A stretch of 64,000 nucleotides of DNA, taken from IMG/VR virus record IMGVR_UViG_3300044991_001466; one strand, 5' to 3'. The notes under the pieces were generated by a model, which searched no databases, was not told the DNA's origin, and saw only the letters and a list, made by a program, of their open reading frames with translations. This DNA comes from a virus. Lineage: Duplodnaviria > Caudoviricetes. The translations under genes were made by a program, and so were the position numbers. Shown piece by piece: positions 10,454 through 18,640 of this stretch (its first letter is position 1; the number at the start of each line of letters is the position of its first letter).

Positions 10454-11083
10454 TCACTTTCCTGTTGAGCCGAACCCACCCGTACCTCTATCTGAATCAG
10501 ATAATTCAGGAACCTCAGTCATATATATGGTAGGATAAGGTAATATGATGATTTGAGCACCTCTTTCACCAACTTTATATTTAATTGAATCCAACCCTTG
10601 GGTTTTCTTAAATGTTGCTTGTAATTCACCTCTGTAACCACTATCAATAACACCAACACAATTTGATAATATTAAATCTTGATTACGTACTGAAGAACGA
10701 GGAAATATTAACCCAACAAATCCTTTCGGAATTTCCATTGCAATACCAAAACCATAAGAAACACTAAATGATGTATTTTCAATTTCTCTTGTTATTGTTA
10801 AATCCATACCAGCATCACCAACTTTAGAATATGATGGGATTACCGCATTTGAATCTAATTTTTTAACCTTAACTAAAGTACCACCACCCGTCATTGTTGG
10901 TTGAGTGTTAATTATGCTTTGTCCCATGGGTTGTGTTGGTCCTGTTGGCATTTCTTTATGAAGTGAACTCAATACATTATCAATTTCATTCATAAAATTA
11001 ACATCAACATTTCCTTCAGAACCTAATGTTTCTTCAATATCTTTTAATTTTTTAAGATATTCTTCAATAGCGTTTTTATCCAT
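10454..11083 (-). CDS. dut: Trimeric dUTPase with N-terminal extension
   Basis: All five motifs present: AGMDL, PRSS, GVIDSGYRGE, ERGAQII, RGTGGFGSTG. Confidence 0.95.
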   Translation of the reverse strand: MDKNAIEEYLKKLKDIEETLGSEGNVDVNFMNEIDNVLSSLHKEMPTGPTQPMGQSIINTQPTMTGGGTLVKVKKLDSNAVIPSYSKVGDAGMDLTITREIENTSFSVSYGFGIAMEIPKGFVGLIFPRSSVRNQDLILSNCVGVIDSGYRGELQATFKKTQGLDSIKYKVGERGAQIIILPYPTIYMTEVPELSDSDRGTGGFGSTGK

Positions 11084-11297
11084 TTTTTTCTTTTTTATCT
11101 AAAATCCATTTATCTAACTTCTTAACTCGTTCTTTTAAGTCATTATCTTGTGGTCTTAAACAACACTCAACAAAAACATCGGTTACTCGTTGTAATTCCT
11201 CAAATGTAACTTGAACACCAACTGTACTGAGGTATTCTAAAGCCATTTTACTTTGCGATTGACGCATTATCTGTATATCTCTGCCGTAAAAATCCAT
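11076..11297 (-). CDS. Hypothetical protein (73 aa)
   Basis: ORF in the operon, overlapping the dut start. Confidence 0.6.
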   Translation of the reverse strand: MDFYGRDIQIMRQSQSKMALEYLSTVGVQVTFEELQRVTDVFVECCLRPQDNDLKERVKKLDKWILDKKEKNG

Positions 11298-11318
11298 AGT
11301 TCAGTTGGTGTTGTTAAA

Positions 11319-11555
11319 TTACTTTGTTTTGTAATATTCAGGTGTGTTCTTGTCATCAATAATACAATCGATTTTTAATTTCTTAACATCGATAATTTGA
11401 CTTGAACGAATATCGCCCGCTAAAAATTTTGAAGCGGTGATGTTTGCCTCAGCATTTGATTCTGCTTGAACGATAATGTTTGATTTTGTTAAACGTGGGT
11501 TACCCTCTCTGTCTAATTGTTCGGATTCATATCCTACTGTTACTGTGTAATGCAT
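11319..11555 (-). CDS. Hypothetical protein (78 aa)
   Basis: ORF in the same minus-strand operon, tightly spaced. Confidence 0.6.
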   Translation of the reverse strand: MHYTVTVGYESEQLDREGNPRLTKSNIIVQAESNAEANITASKFLAGDIRSSQIIDVKKLKIDCIIDDKNTPEYYKTK

Positions 11556-11567
11556 AATTGTTTTTTT

Positions 11568-12794
11568 TTATTTATTTATAATTGATTTGAAAAATTCTAC
11601 TCTATCTTGACAAACTTTTTTAAGTGAATATTTGTCTTTTACTGTTTCATATAAACGTTCACCTAAATCTTCAATCATATTTGGGTTTTCAATTAAACGT
11701 TTCATGTTCTTCGCCCAATCTTTATGATTTCTTTTTGGATTAACCAATAGTGAGTTCCCGTTTTTATTGAAAACACCGTTATCAACCGCTGAAATTAAGT
11801 CTATTGTATATGGGTCAGTCTCACTTGCAATTATTGCCTTTTTATGAAATCCTGCCTCAATAACTTTTAGTTGTGATTTATTTCCATTAAATAACGATTC
11901 AACAAGTGGAGCTAAAGATACATCAAATGTATTATAGTTAGTCGCATAACTATTAATTTCTTTTGTCCACCTTCTTCTATATGGTTCATTAACATCATCA
12001 TAAGGTGTGTCTGTAAATGAATTTAAATATGTTTTATATTCATCGTTCAACACACTATAGTTGTCTGTGAAAATTTTCTCATACTTATACCAAACGGTTT
12101 CGTTAGGTTTTATTGGTCTATTTCTTTGTTGATTTGTTTGACTATCAATTTCAGTCACAGTACCTCGTAAATCAAATCCACATAATACAAATTGAATCTT
12201 ATCCTTATACAAATTAAATGTTGTTGAAATTCCTTGAGCCATTAAATCAATGTCGTGTAAATGTGAAGAACCACCTAACCAACCAAATCTAATTTTATCT
12301 GATTTAGTTTTATTGATTTTATATTGAGGTTCTTCTTCATTAACTGCGTTTGGAAAAACCTCAACATTTTTTACTTTTAATCTATCTTTAATTGTATTTG
12401 CAAAAATTGGTGTTGTGGTTGTAACATAATCAACTAATTTTAACATTTCAATTTTCATTTCACCAATTTTAGATGCTTTAACTTGGTGATACATTGGGTG
12501 TCTTTGATCAACAAACCATAAATCATCAATATCCATGATAACTTTAATTCCTTTTGATTTTAACCAATTAATTCTTTTAATATTATCATCGTGATTTGTT
12601 TGATGAATAAATGTATGAAAAACAACGATATCGTAGTTTAAGAAAAATTCATCATTATTATCTGCATTATATGATATATCGACATGTACATCATTTGAAT
12701 GATTATCACCAATATATTTATAGGGGTCCATAACCCTGAATTTACCAACACCGTGTTTGTCCGATGGGATTGCTAAGATTTTAATTTTTGACAT
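11568..12794 (-). CDS. Glycosyltransferase, GT-B fold
   Basis: GVGKFRVMDP N-terminus, IMDIDDLW, RFGWLGGSSHLHD and DVSLAPL..FNGNKSQLKVIEAG, typical of phage GT-B enzymes. Confidence 0.8.
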   Translation of the reverse strand: MSKIKILAIPSDKHGVGKFRVMDPYKYIGDNHSNDVHVDISYNADNNDEFFLNYDIVVFHTFIHQTNHDDNIKRINWLKSKGIKVIMDIDDLWFVDQRHPMYHQVKASKIGEMKIEMLKLVDYVTTTTPIFANTIKDRLKVKNVEVFPNAVNEEEPQYKINKTKSDKIRFGWLGGSSHLHDIDLMAQGISTTFNLYKDKIQFVLCGFDLRGTVTEIDSQTNQQRNRPIKPNETVWYKYEKIFTDNYSVLNDEYKTYLNSFTDTPYDDVNEPYRRRWTKEINSYATNYNTFDVSLAPLVESLFNGNKSQLKVIEAGFHKKAIIASETDPYTIDLISAVDNGVFNKNGNSLLVNPKRNHKDWAKNMKRLIENPNMIEDLGERLYETVKDKYSLKKVCQDRVEFFKSIINK

Positions 12795-12831
12795 ATAATA
12801 AAATATATCAAAAATTATTGAAAAAACAAAA

Positions 12832-13416
12832 TTACTTTGCTTTATTTACTCCGGTAATTTTACCTTTGAATATGGAGTCACCTACTTTTAATACTAAATT
12901 TTCATTTATAGATGATGTTGTGGATGCTGTGAGTATTTGATTTAATTTTTCATCCATTACTTTACGAATGGTATTTTCAATTAAAATTGAAATTGCATTC
13001 ATATCAATATTAGATGTTTGTTGTGAATTGTTTTGTTTTGATTGAGGTTGTTTTTTACCTAAACCCTCTTGTTCCATTAAACGTTTAGCCCCTTTAACAA
13101 AATCCATATCTAAAGTATCGTTTAATGATATTTGGTCCATTTGTTGAATTGGATTTTCAATCATCGCCCTTTTAATTGCTTCAGGTAATTTAGATTGATT
13201 AATTTTATCAACCGACGGTACACCCATAGGTCTTGTTGGTTGTTTTGTAGGTTGATATTCTTCATTGTTTACAACATCTTCCGGTGCTGACCTTAGTAAA
13301 CTTTCATCCACATTACCTCTTTCGTAATTTCCTGAATCAACTTTGTTCATAACCTTTTTAGCTTGAACTAACTTATGCATTAAATCGTTTTGTGATATTG
13401 AACCTTGTTGTGACAT
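12832..13416 (-). CDS. Hypothetical protein (194 aa), Q/P/N-rich linkers
   Basis: ORF in the minus-strand late cluster; conserved-looking C-terminal ENLVLKVGDSIFKG. Confidence 0.55.
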   Translation of the reverse strand: MSQQGSISQNDLMHKLVQAKKVMNKVDSGNYERGNVDESLLRSAPEDVVNNEEYQPTKQPTRPMGVPSVDKINQSKLPEAIKRAMIENPIQQMDQISLNDTLDMDFVKGAKRLMEQEGLGKKQPQSKQNNSQQTSNIDMNAISILIENTIRKVMDEKLNQILTASTTSSINENLVLKVGDSIFKGKITGVNKAK

Positions 13417-13452
13417 AATATTAAATATTTTCTATTTTAATTATAAACTATT

Positions 13453-14220
13453 TTATGAAAACATTAAATGTTTTATTTTCCTAATACTTTCATTTAATAA
13501 TTCATCTTCATCTTTTTCTTCTGGATTTTGTATTGGTGGTTCAGATTGTTTTGGTTGTGGTAATTCGTCTGGTTGTTTTGGTTCTTCCGGCTGTGGTTCC
13601 GGTTGTGGTTCCAGTTGTGGTTCCAGTTGTGGTTCCGGTTTAGGAACCTCAGGTGTTTTACTTGGTTTACTTTGTGGTGTAGGTTGAGGTAATTCTTCTG
13701 GTTTTTTAGGTTCAACAGGTGTTGGTTCCGTTGGTTTAACAATCGGTTCAACTTTAGTTGGTTTTCCTTTAATTAGAGTTGGTTTTTCAATCGGTTTAGT
13801 TTTAGGTGTTTTTGTCCAATCAGAGGTTACATACGTAACACTCATAGAACGATCATCACCTTCCTTATATTGTGGTCTTTTAGTGTCAAAAGTTTCATCA
13901 CTCATTACCTGAACACTTTTCATTCTACCAACCATGAAAGTTCTCCAACCATGTTCACTAAAACCTTTTTTTGATACTGATGGTGGTTGAACCCAAGCTC
14001 TTAATATTAAATAACCCTTTTTACTTAAACCTAACGCAACCGCCTCAGCTTTAACTCTATTACCAGCCCTAACACTATCTTTCTTAGGTTTTCTTGGACC
14101 TGAATAATAGAAAGATATTGGATATCTATTTTTAATAGCATCCACAATCGGTTTTGTTTTTGTGGTCTTTAGGATATTTTCTTCCTCAAGTATTAAAAAG
14201 AATAATTTATTAAAGTTCAT
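13453..14220 (-). CDS. WYL-like domain protein with P/E/Q/K-rich linker and C-terminal LNESIRKIKHLM tag
   Basis: ISFYY..R..EAVALG..LILRAW..GWRTFMVGRM follows the WYL domain pattern (EPY.L..YL.A..R.FRLDRI). Confidence 0.55.
   Translation of the reverse strand: MNFNKLFFLILEEENILKTTKTKPIVDAIKNRYPISFYYSGPRKPKKDSVRAGNRVKAEAVALGLSKKGYLILRAWVQPPSVSKKGFSEHGWRTFMVGRMKSVQVMSDETFDTKRPQYKEGDDRSMSVTYVTSDWTKTPKTKPIEKPTLIKGKPTKVEPIVKPTEPTPVEPKKPEELPQPTPQSKPSKTPEVPKPEPQLEPQLEPQPEPQPEEPKQPDELPQPKQSEPPIQNPEEKDEDELLNESIRKIKHLMFS
13592..13639. repeat. Four tandem copies of the 12-mer TGTGGTTCCRGT (encodes the EPQL/EPQP repeats)
   Basis: Read directly from the sequence. Confidence 0.9.
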
Positions 14221-14615
14221 TATTGAAAATCAGGGTATTTGTTATTTTCACCAAACGCATTTTTAGTTACAGTTGCAATTCTTGTTTGAATGTCGGTCAT
14301 AGAACCAACCTCACCATTATCACCTTTTTGACCTTTACCAAATTCATCTCCATCGGAAATTGCGTTAGGGTTTGTAACACCATAACCATTATTTGCACCA
14401 TATTTATTGGTTGATACGATATCAGTTCTTGTGTTTATATCTGTTAATGAACCTACTTGTCCATTTTGGTTTTGACCTTTACCTAATTCATCACCATCAG
14501 AAATTGCGTTAGGGTTTGTAACACCATAACCATTATTTAATGAGTATCGGTTAATAGCCAATTCAATTGGTCTAAATTGATTAGCTAAGGCTTCTAATTG
14601 TGTTATTTTTGCCAT
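14220..14615 (-). CDS. Hypothetical protein with an internal 48-aa duplication
   Basis: NNGYGVTNPNAISDGDExGKGQ occurs twice. Confidence 0.65.
   Translation of the reverse strand: MAKITQLEALANQFRPIELAINRYSLNNGYGVTNPNAISDGDELGKGQNQNGQVGSLTDINTRTDIVSTNKYGANNGYGVTNPNAISDGDEFGKGQKGDNGEVGSMTDIQTRIATVTKNAFGENNKYPDFQ
14356..14538. repeat. Identical 39-bp direct repeat (14356-14394 and 14500-14538), period 144 bp
   Basis: GAAATTGCGTTAGGGTTTGTAACACCATAACCATTATTT occurs twice. Confidence 0.9.
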
Positions 14616-14616
14616 A

Positions 14617-15114
14617 TTAGTATAATATTAATTTTTTTATTTTGTTAATTTCCTCAAATAAACCTAACGATGTGATTGGTGAAATTGATGATTTATGTGA
14701 ATTACTTTTAATTAAATTTAATGGGGGTAACATACTTGGTTTCTTCTTGTGTTTCTTTAAAAAACTATTTTTTCTTTCTCCGGTCATTGCACTCATTTCA
14801 TCCGCATCTTTTCTACCTTCTTTTCTATTGACAATCATATCTCTTTCACCATCTAAGAATTGTTTTCCCCAGTTATTCATTAAATCACCACCAGCCAAGT
14901 CATACTTAATTTTATCACCAATTTTATCAATATTTTGTAAGTCATGAATAATTCGTTTTAATTGACCGTATTTAACTTTTTTATCCGTTAATAATTTTTT
15001 AGCTCTTTGTAACCCATGTGCGTGAGACCCATTAAGTCCCATGACGGCATGATTTACATTATCTAAAATATTTTGTGGGATATCAAATATCCTCTTTTTT
15101 AATTCACTATTCAT
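14617..15114 (-). CDS. Basic hypothetical protein (165 aa), putative head-associated
   Basis: C-terminal LFEEINKIKKLI tag; coupled to its neighbours. Confidence 0.5.
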   Translation of the reverse strand: MNSELKKRIFDIPQNILDNVNHAVMGLNGSHAHGLQRAKKLLTDKKVKYGQLKRIIHDLQNIDKIGDKIKYDLAGGDLMNNWGKQFLDGERDMIVNRKEGRKDADEMSAMTGERKNSFLKKHKKKPSMLPPLNLIKSNSHKSSISPITSLGLFEEINKIKKLILY

Positions 15115-15898
15115 TATCCTTTTTCAAATGTTTGATAATATCATCTGCAGTTAATCCATTACTTTCTAAAGAATCTCTTAATGAATCTATTTGTCTTTTT
15201 ATTATTGGGTTTATTTCTTTCTCTTCGTCTTGTTCCCCAACTTTAGAAACTAAATCGTTATCTTTTCTTTTTTTAACAACACTTTCAATATACTCCTCCA
15301 TGAATTTTTTAGGATTCTCGATTAGTCTTACTTTATCGGTTCCTTTTAATTTAGGGTCATATCCCATTGCTTCTAATCTTTCCATAGTTTCTTCGTGAGA
15401 TAAACCTAATTCTTTTGTGAAATGGTTATAAGCTTCTTTAAAACTTTCATCACCACCCATGGTATCATCATAACCTAAAGCGTCACCCATTGCAATTTCT
15501 ATAAGTTTTTCTTTACTTATTTCTTTACCCTCACCCCAATACCTTGTATAGTTTTGAATACCCAACGTACCATAATTACCTGACATACCTCTACCTGTTT
15601 TAACAACCTTATCCGTGATTGAATTTGATGTTACACCTTTGGTATTTAAATCACCCGGTTTTTTACCACGAGCAATATTTCCGTTTTTATCTACAATTTC
15701 GTCAACCTCTTCTTCTTTTTCCACTTTATCAGGAATTTTGGAATAATCGGTATCATCTGAATTTTCTTTCGCCCATTTCCCCCATTTACTCTTCTCTTTC
15801 TTAGGTTTACCCTTTTCATTTGCTTTCGCATAGAAGAATCTTTGTTGTGCTTTTGACGCAAATTTCTCTTCAATTACCTGTTTTATAAAATTATTCAT
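15107..15898 (-). CDS. Hypothetical protein (263 aa), putative internal head protein
   Basis: GATATTTAT upstream; leader MNNFIKQVIEE followed by a FASKAQQRFFYA module. Confidence 0.5.
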   Translation of the reverse strand: MNNFIKQVIEEKFASKAQQRFFYAKANEKGKPKKEKSKWGKWAKENSDDTDYSKIPDKVEKEEEVDEIVDKNGNIARGKKPGDLNTKGVTSNSITDKVVKTGRGMSGNYGTLGIQNYTRYWGEGKEISKEKLIEIAMGDALGYDDTMGGDESFKEAYNHFTKELGLSHEETMERLEAMGYDPKLKGTDKVRLIENPKKFMEEYIESVVKKRKDNDLVSKVGEQDEEKEINPIIKRQIDSLRDSLESNGLTADDIIKHLKKDNE

Positions 15899-15910
15899 CT
15901 ATTTGGACTT

Positions 15911-15949
15911 TTATATAAATATCAAATGTTATGAAAGATATTTATATAA
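15911..15949. promoter_or_regulatory. Back-to-back pair of putative late promoters (13-bp inverted repeat)
   Basis: TTATATAAATATC (15911-15923) and GATATTTATATAA (15937-15949) lie between divergent genes. Confidence 0.65.
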
Positions 15950-15951
15950 TA

Positions 15952-18144
15952 ATGAATAGACAGAATATTTTAAACTTTTACGGGTCTAAATTTAATTTGA
16001 AATTAGATTCGTCCGAATTATACGATTTTGAACTTGGGAAAACGACCATAGATTATAATACCGATGTGTTGGATTTAACAAACGAAATCACCTATACAGG
16101 ACTAACAATCGACTCTTCTTGCTATTCAGGGTTTACAACCCCTTGGGTATTACCAATCAATGAGTTATACACAGGACACACTTGTGATTTCACAATTAAA
16201 AGAAGAACTGAAAAGGGTTGGACATTAGATTTTGTTTTTGATAGAAACAATATTGAATGGTCTGGTGGAACGACTTTTTATTATTGGGGGATTAGCGGGG
16301 AAACCAATCAATCATATTATGCTGATAATAATCTTTCTTTTAAATTTACCAATGATGGTAGAATTAAATGGGATTCCTACAGATATTCAGGTAATTGTGA
16401 TGCAACTTCAGGATATACCGAATCATATTATATCTCATCAGGACAGACACCTGTTTTATGTTCAGGAGGTACGTCATCTGATTTTAACGTAACAATAACT
16501 TTTGATAGATATAAACATTATCAAGATTGTGATATTGAAAATGAGGGCGGGTGGAACGATTTAATTCGTGGACCACACCCAATTAGTTCTACCGGTAATA
16601 CGGGTTCTACAACCACTCAAATTACCACAGGATATACGATTATTAACAATTACACCGATTGGATTACGGGCGCAACAGGAACAACTGAGTTTATTGAGGT
16701 TTTAAATAAAAAATGGTTTAATGAAAGACAAAAAAGGTTAGGTGTCTTAAAAATATATCTAAACGGTAAAAGAATTTATAAATTAGATGATTGGGAAGAG
16801 GTTATTCCATCTCTTAGGAAATCTGAAAATGACATAATTCAAAAATGGGGTGGAGGTACAACCGCGTATAATACAATACACACGGGAACAACTCTTTTTG
16901 AAATTAAACAAGTAAAGTATTTTGAGGAACCTTTAGATTTCATTCATGTTAATCATCATTATTTAACATCAATTAAACCAAATTATTCAATAAATGAATG
17001 TGCGGATGATTGTGTTGACACTATTATTGGTTTAATAACGCCAACTCCAACACCAACTCAAACTATAACACCAAGTGTTACACCAACACTTACCGTAACA
17101 TCATCCGTTACTCCAACTCGTACAGTTACACCAACACCAAGTGTGACCCCAACTTATACCGTAACACCTACAAATACGGTAACACCAACACCAAGTGTAA
17201 CTCCAACTATCACTCCAACCGAAACTGTTACACCAACGGTAACTGTAACACCAACCAATACCGTGACACCTACGGTGACAGAAACTGTTACGCCAACAGT
17301 AACAGAAACTGTTACACCAACTGTAACTGTAACTCCGTCGATTACGCCAACTAACACAGTAACACCATCTTTTACACCAACAAACACGGTGACACCAACT
17401 AATACAGTAACACCATCTGCAACACCATTACCTAAAATAATTCAAGACGGATTGGTAATCAATGTTAACGGGAACCCATCGTCATATATTGGAACGGGAA
17501 CTACTTGGACAAGTATTGCGACTGGTACAACATATAATGGTGATTTAATAAATGGACCAACTTGGAATACCGGTAATGGTGGTTATTTTTCATTCGATGG
17601 AGTAAATGATTATTGTTATTTTGGCGATAATTCGAAAGGTTTGGATTATGTGTCTAAAACTTTTGGTGGATGGGTTAAAACAACAACATCAAACACAGAT
17701 AAGGTGTTTTTTTTAAGAGGAGAAGAGGGTTATGAATATGGTGGTAGTTTAGGTATATATAAAGAAAATAGTACTAATAAATTTAAATTATTTGCAAGAA
17801 CCGGACAACCTGGTCCAAATGGGTATGATAAAAGAATTGAAAGTAGCACAACACTTATAGATGATACTTGGTATTATGTTATTGGGGTTTATAAATATGA
17901 ATATAATTCTAATCAAAATTTTATAAGTTTATATATAAATGGAATTCAAGAATCCATATCGAATAATAACATATCACCACTATTGTCATTAAACTCATCT
18001 TCAAGAGGTTGGGAAATTGCCAGATATGAGGGACCAACATATAGAGATGTGTCAGTAGGTAGTTTTGAATTATATGAAAGAGATTTATCTGACTCTGAAA
18101 TTCTTGATAATTTTAATAGAAGAAAATCAATTTATGGTTATTAA
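15952..18144 (+). CDS. Virion protein with Thr/Pro mucin-like linker and C-terminal LamG/ConA-like domain (730 aa; start moved to MNRQNIL)
   Basis: 130-aa TP repeat followed by YFSFDGVND..TFGGWVK..WYYVIGVY..SLYING..LSDSEILDNF, the LamG-like pattern. Confidence 0.75.
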   Translation: MNRQNILNFYGSKFNLKLDSSELYDFELGKTTIDYNTDVLDLTNEITYTGLTIDSSCYSGFTTPWVLPINELYTGHTCDFTIKRRTEKGWTLDFVFDRNNIEWSGGTTFYYWGISGETNQSYYADNNLSFKFTNDGRIKWDSYRYSGNCDATSGYTESYYISSGQTPVLCSGGTSSDFNVTITFDRYKHYQDCDIENEGGWNDLIRGPHPISSTGNTGSTTTQITTGYTIINNYTDWITGATGTTEFIEVLNKKWFNERQKRLGVLKIYLNGKRIYKLDDWEEVIPSLRKSENDIIQKWGGGTTAYNTIHTGTTLFEIKQVKYFEEPLDFIHVNHHYLTSIKPNYSINECADDCVDTIIGLITPTPTPTQTITPSVTPTLTVTSSVTPTRTVTPTPSVTPTYTVTPTNTVTPTPSVTPTITPTETVTPTVTVTPTNTVTPTVTETVTPTVTETVTPTVTVTPSITPTNTVTPSFTPTNTVTPTNTVTPSATPLPKIIQDGLVINVNGNPSSYIGTGTTWTSIATGTTYNGDLINGPTWNTGNGGYFSFDGVNDYCYFGDNSKGLDYVSKTFGGWVKTTTSNTDKVFFLRGEEGYEYGGSLGIYKENSTNKFKLFARTGQPGPNGYDKRIESSTTLIDDTWYYVIGVYKYEYNSNQNFISLYINGIQESISNNNISPLLSLNSSSRGWEIARYEGPTYRDVSVGSFELYERDLSDSEILDNFNRRKSIYGY
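17038..17427 (+). repeat. Low-complexity (VTPT)n coding repeat, 130 codons
   Basis: Direct reading; synonymous codons vary, so it is a protein-level repeat. Confidence 0.9.
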
Positions 18145-18171
18145 TCAAATAAAAAACAATATTTATAACAT

Positions 18172-18540
18172 ATGGAATTTTTTATAAGACAAGGGGCATC
18201 TGACCCAATTTTAAAAATGAGGTTGATTGATGATGGTAAAAACGACAAATCATCATTTAATGATTTATTGGAAAATGCAACAATCTCATTTGATATGTAT
18301 GATACAAAAACAGACCTACCGGTTATTTTAAATCAACCTTGTCTATTAACAACAAGAACAAAGTTATATAATCAAACAACAGACGAATATTACATCACAT
18401 ATCGATTTACAGAAAGTCAAACATCTGAGGTGGGTAAATTTGAAGGTAAAATAACCGTACAATTTGATGATGGGTTGGGGAATAACACAACTAAGTTAAT
18501 TTTACCGATTAAGGAGAAATTATTCATTAATATCTCATAA
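18172..18540 (+). CDS. Small Ig-like virion protein (BppU N-terminal-like)
   Basis: FFIRQGASDPILKMRL...GKFEGKITVQF..KLILP resembles the BppU_N pattern; late motif upstream. Confidence 0.45.
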   Translation: MEFFIRQGASDPILKMRLIDDGKNDKSSFNDLLENATISFDMYDTKTDLPVILNQPCLLTTRTKLYNQTTDEYYITYRFTESQTSEVGKFEGKITVQFDDGLGNNTTKLILPIKEKLFINIS

Positions 18541-18640
18541 CTTTTTTATTACCGATTTTTTTTCTTATACTTATTAATGTAAACAAGGCAAACTGTGATT
18601 TAATCACAAGCTAATACGTCACATTTAAAAAAATTATAAG

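Noticed and set aside
17038-17427. Repeat tract as a CRISPR array or mobile element
   Set aside because: The units are in frame, vary at synonymous positions and have no unique spacers; this is a protein low-complexity region.
18594-18608. TGTGA...TCACA as a CRP or Rex site
   Set aside because: The spacer is 5 nt, not the 6 nt those regulators require; kept only as an unassigned palindrome.
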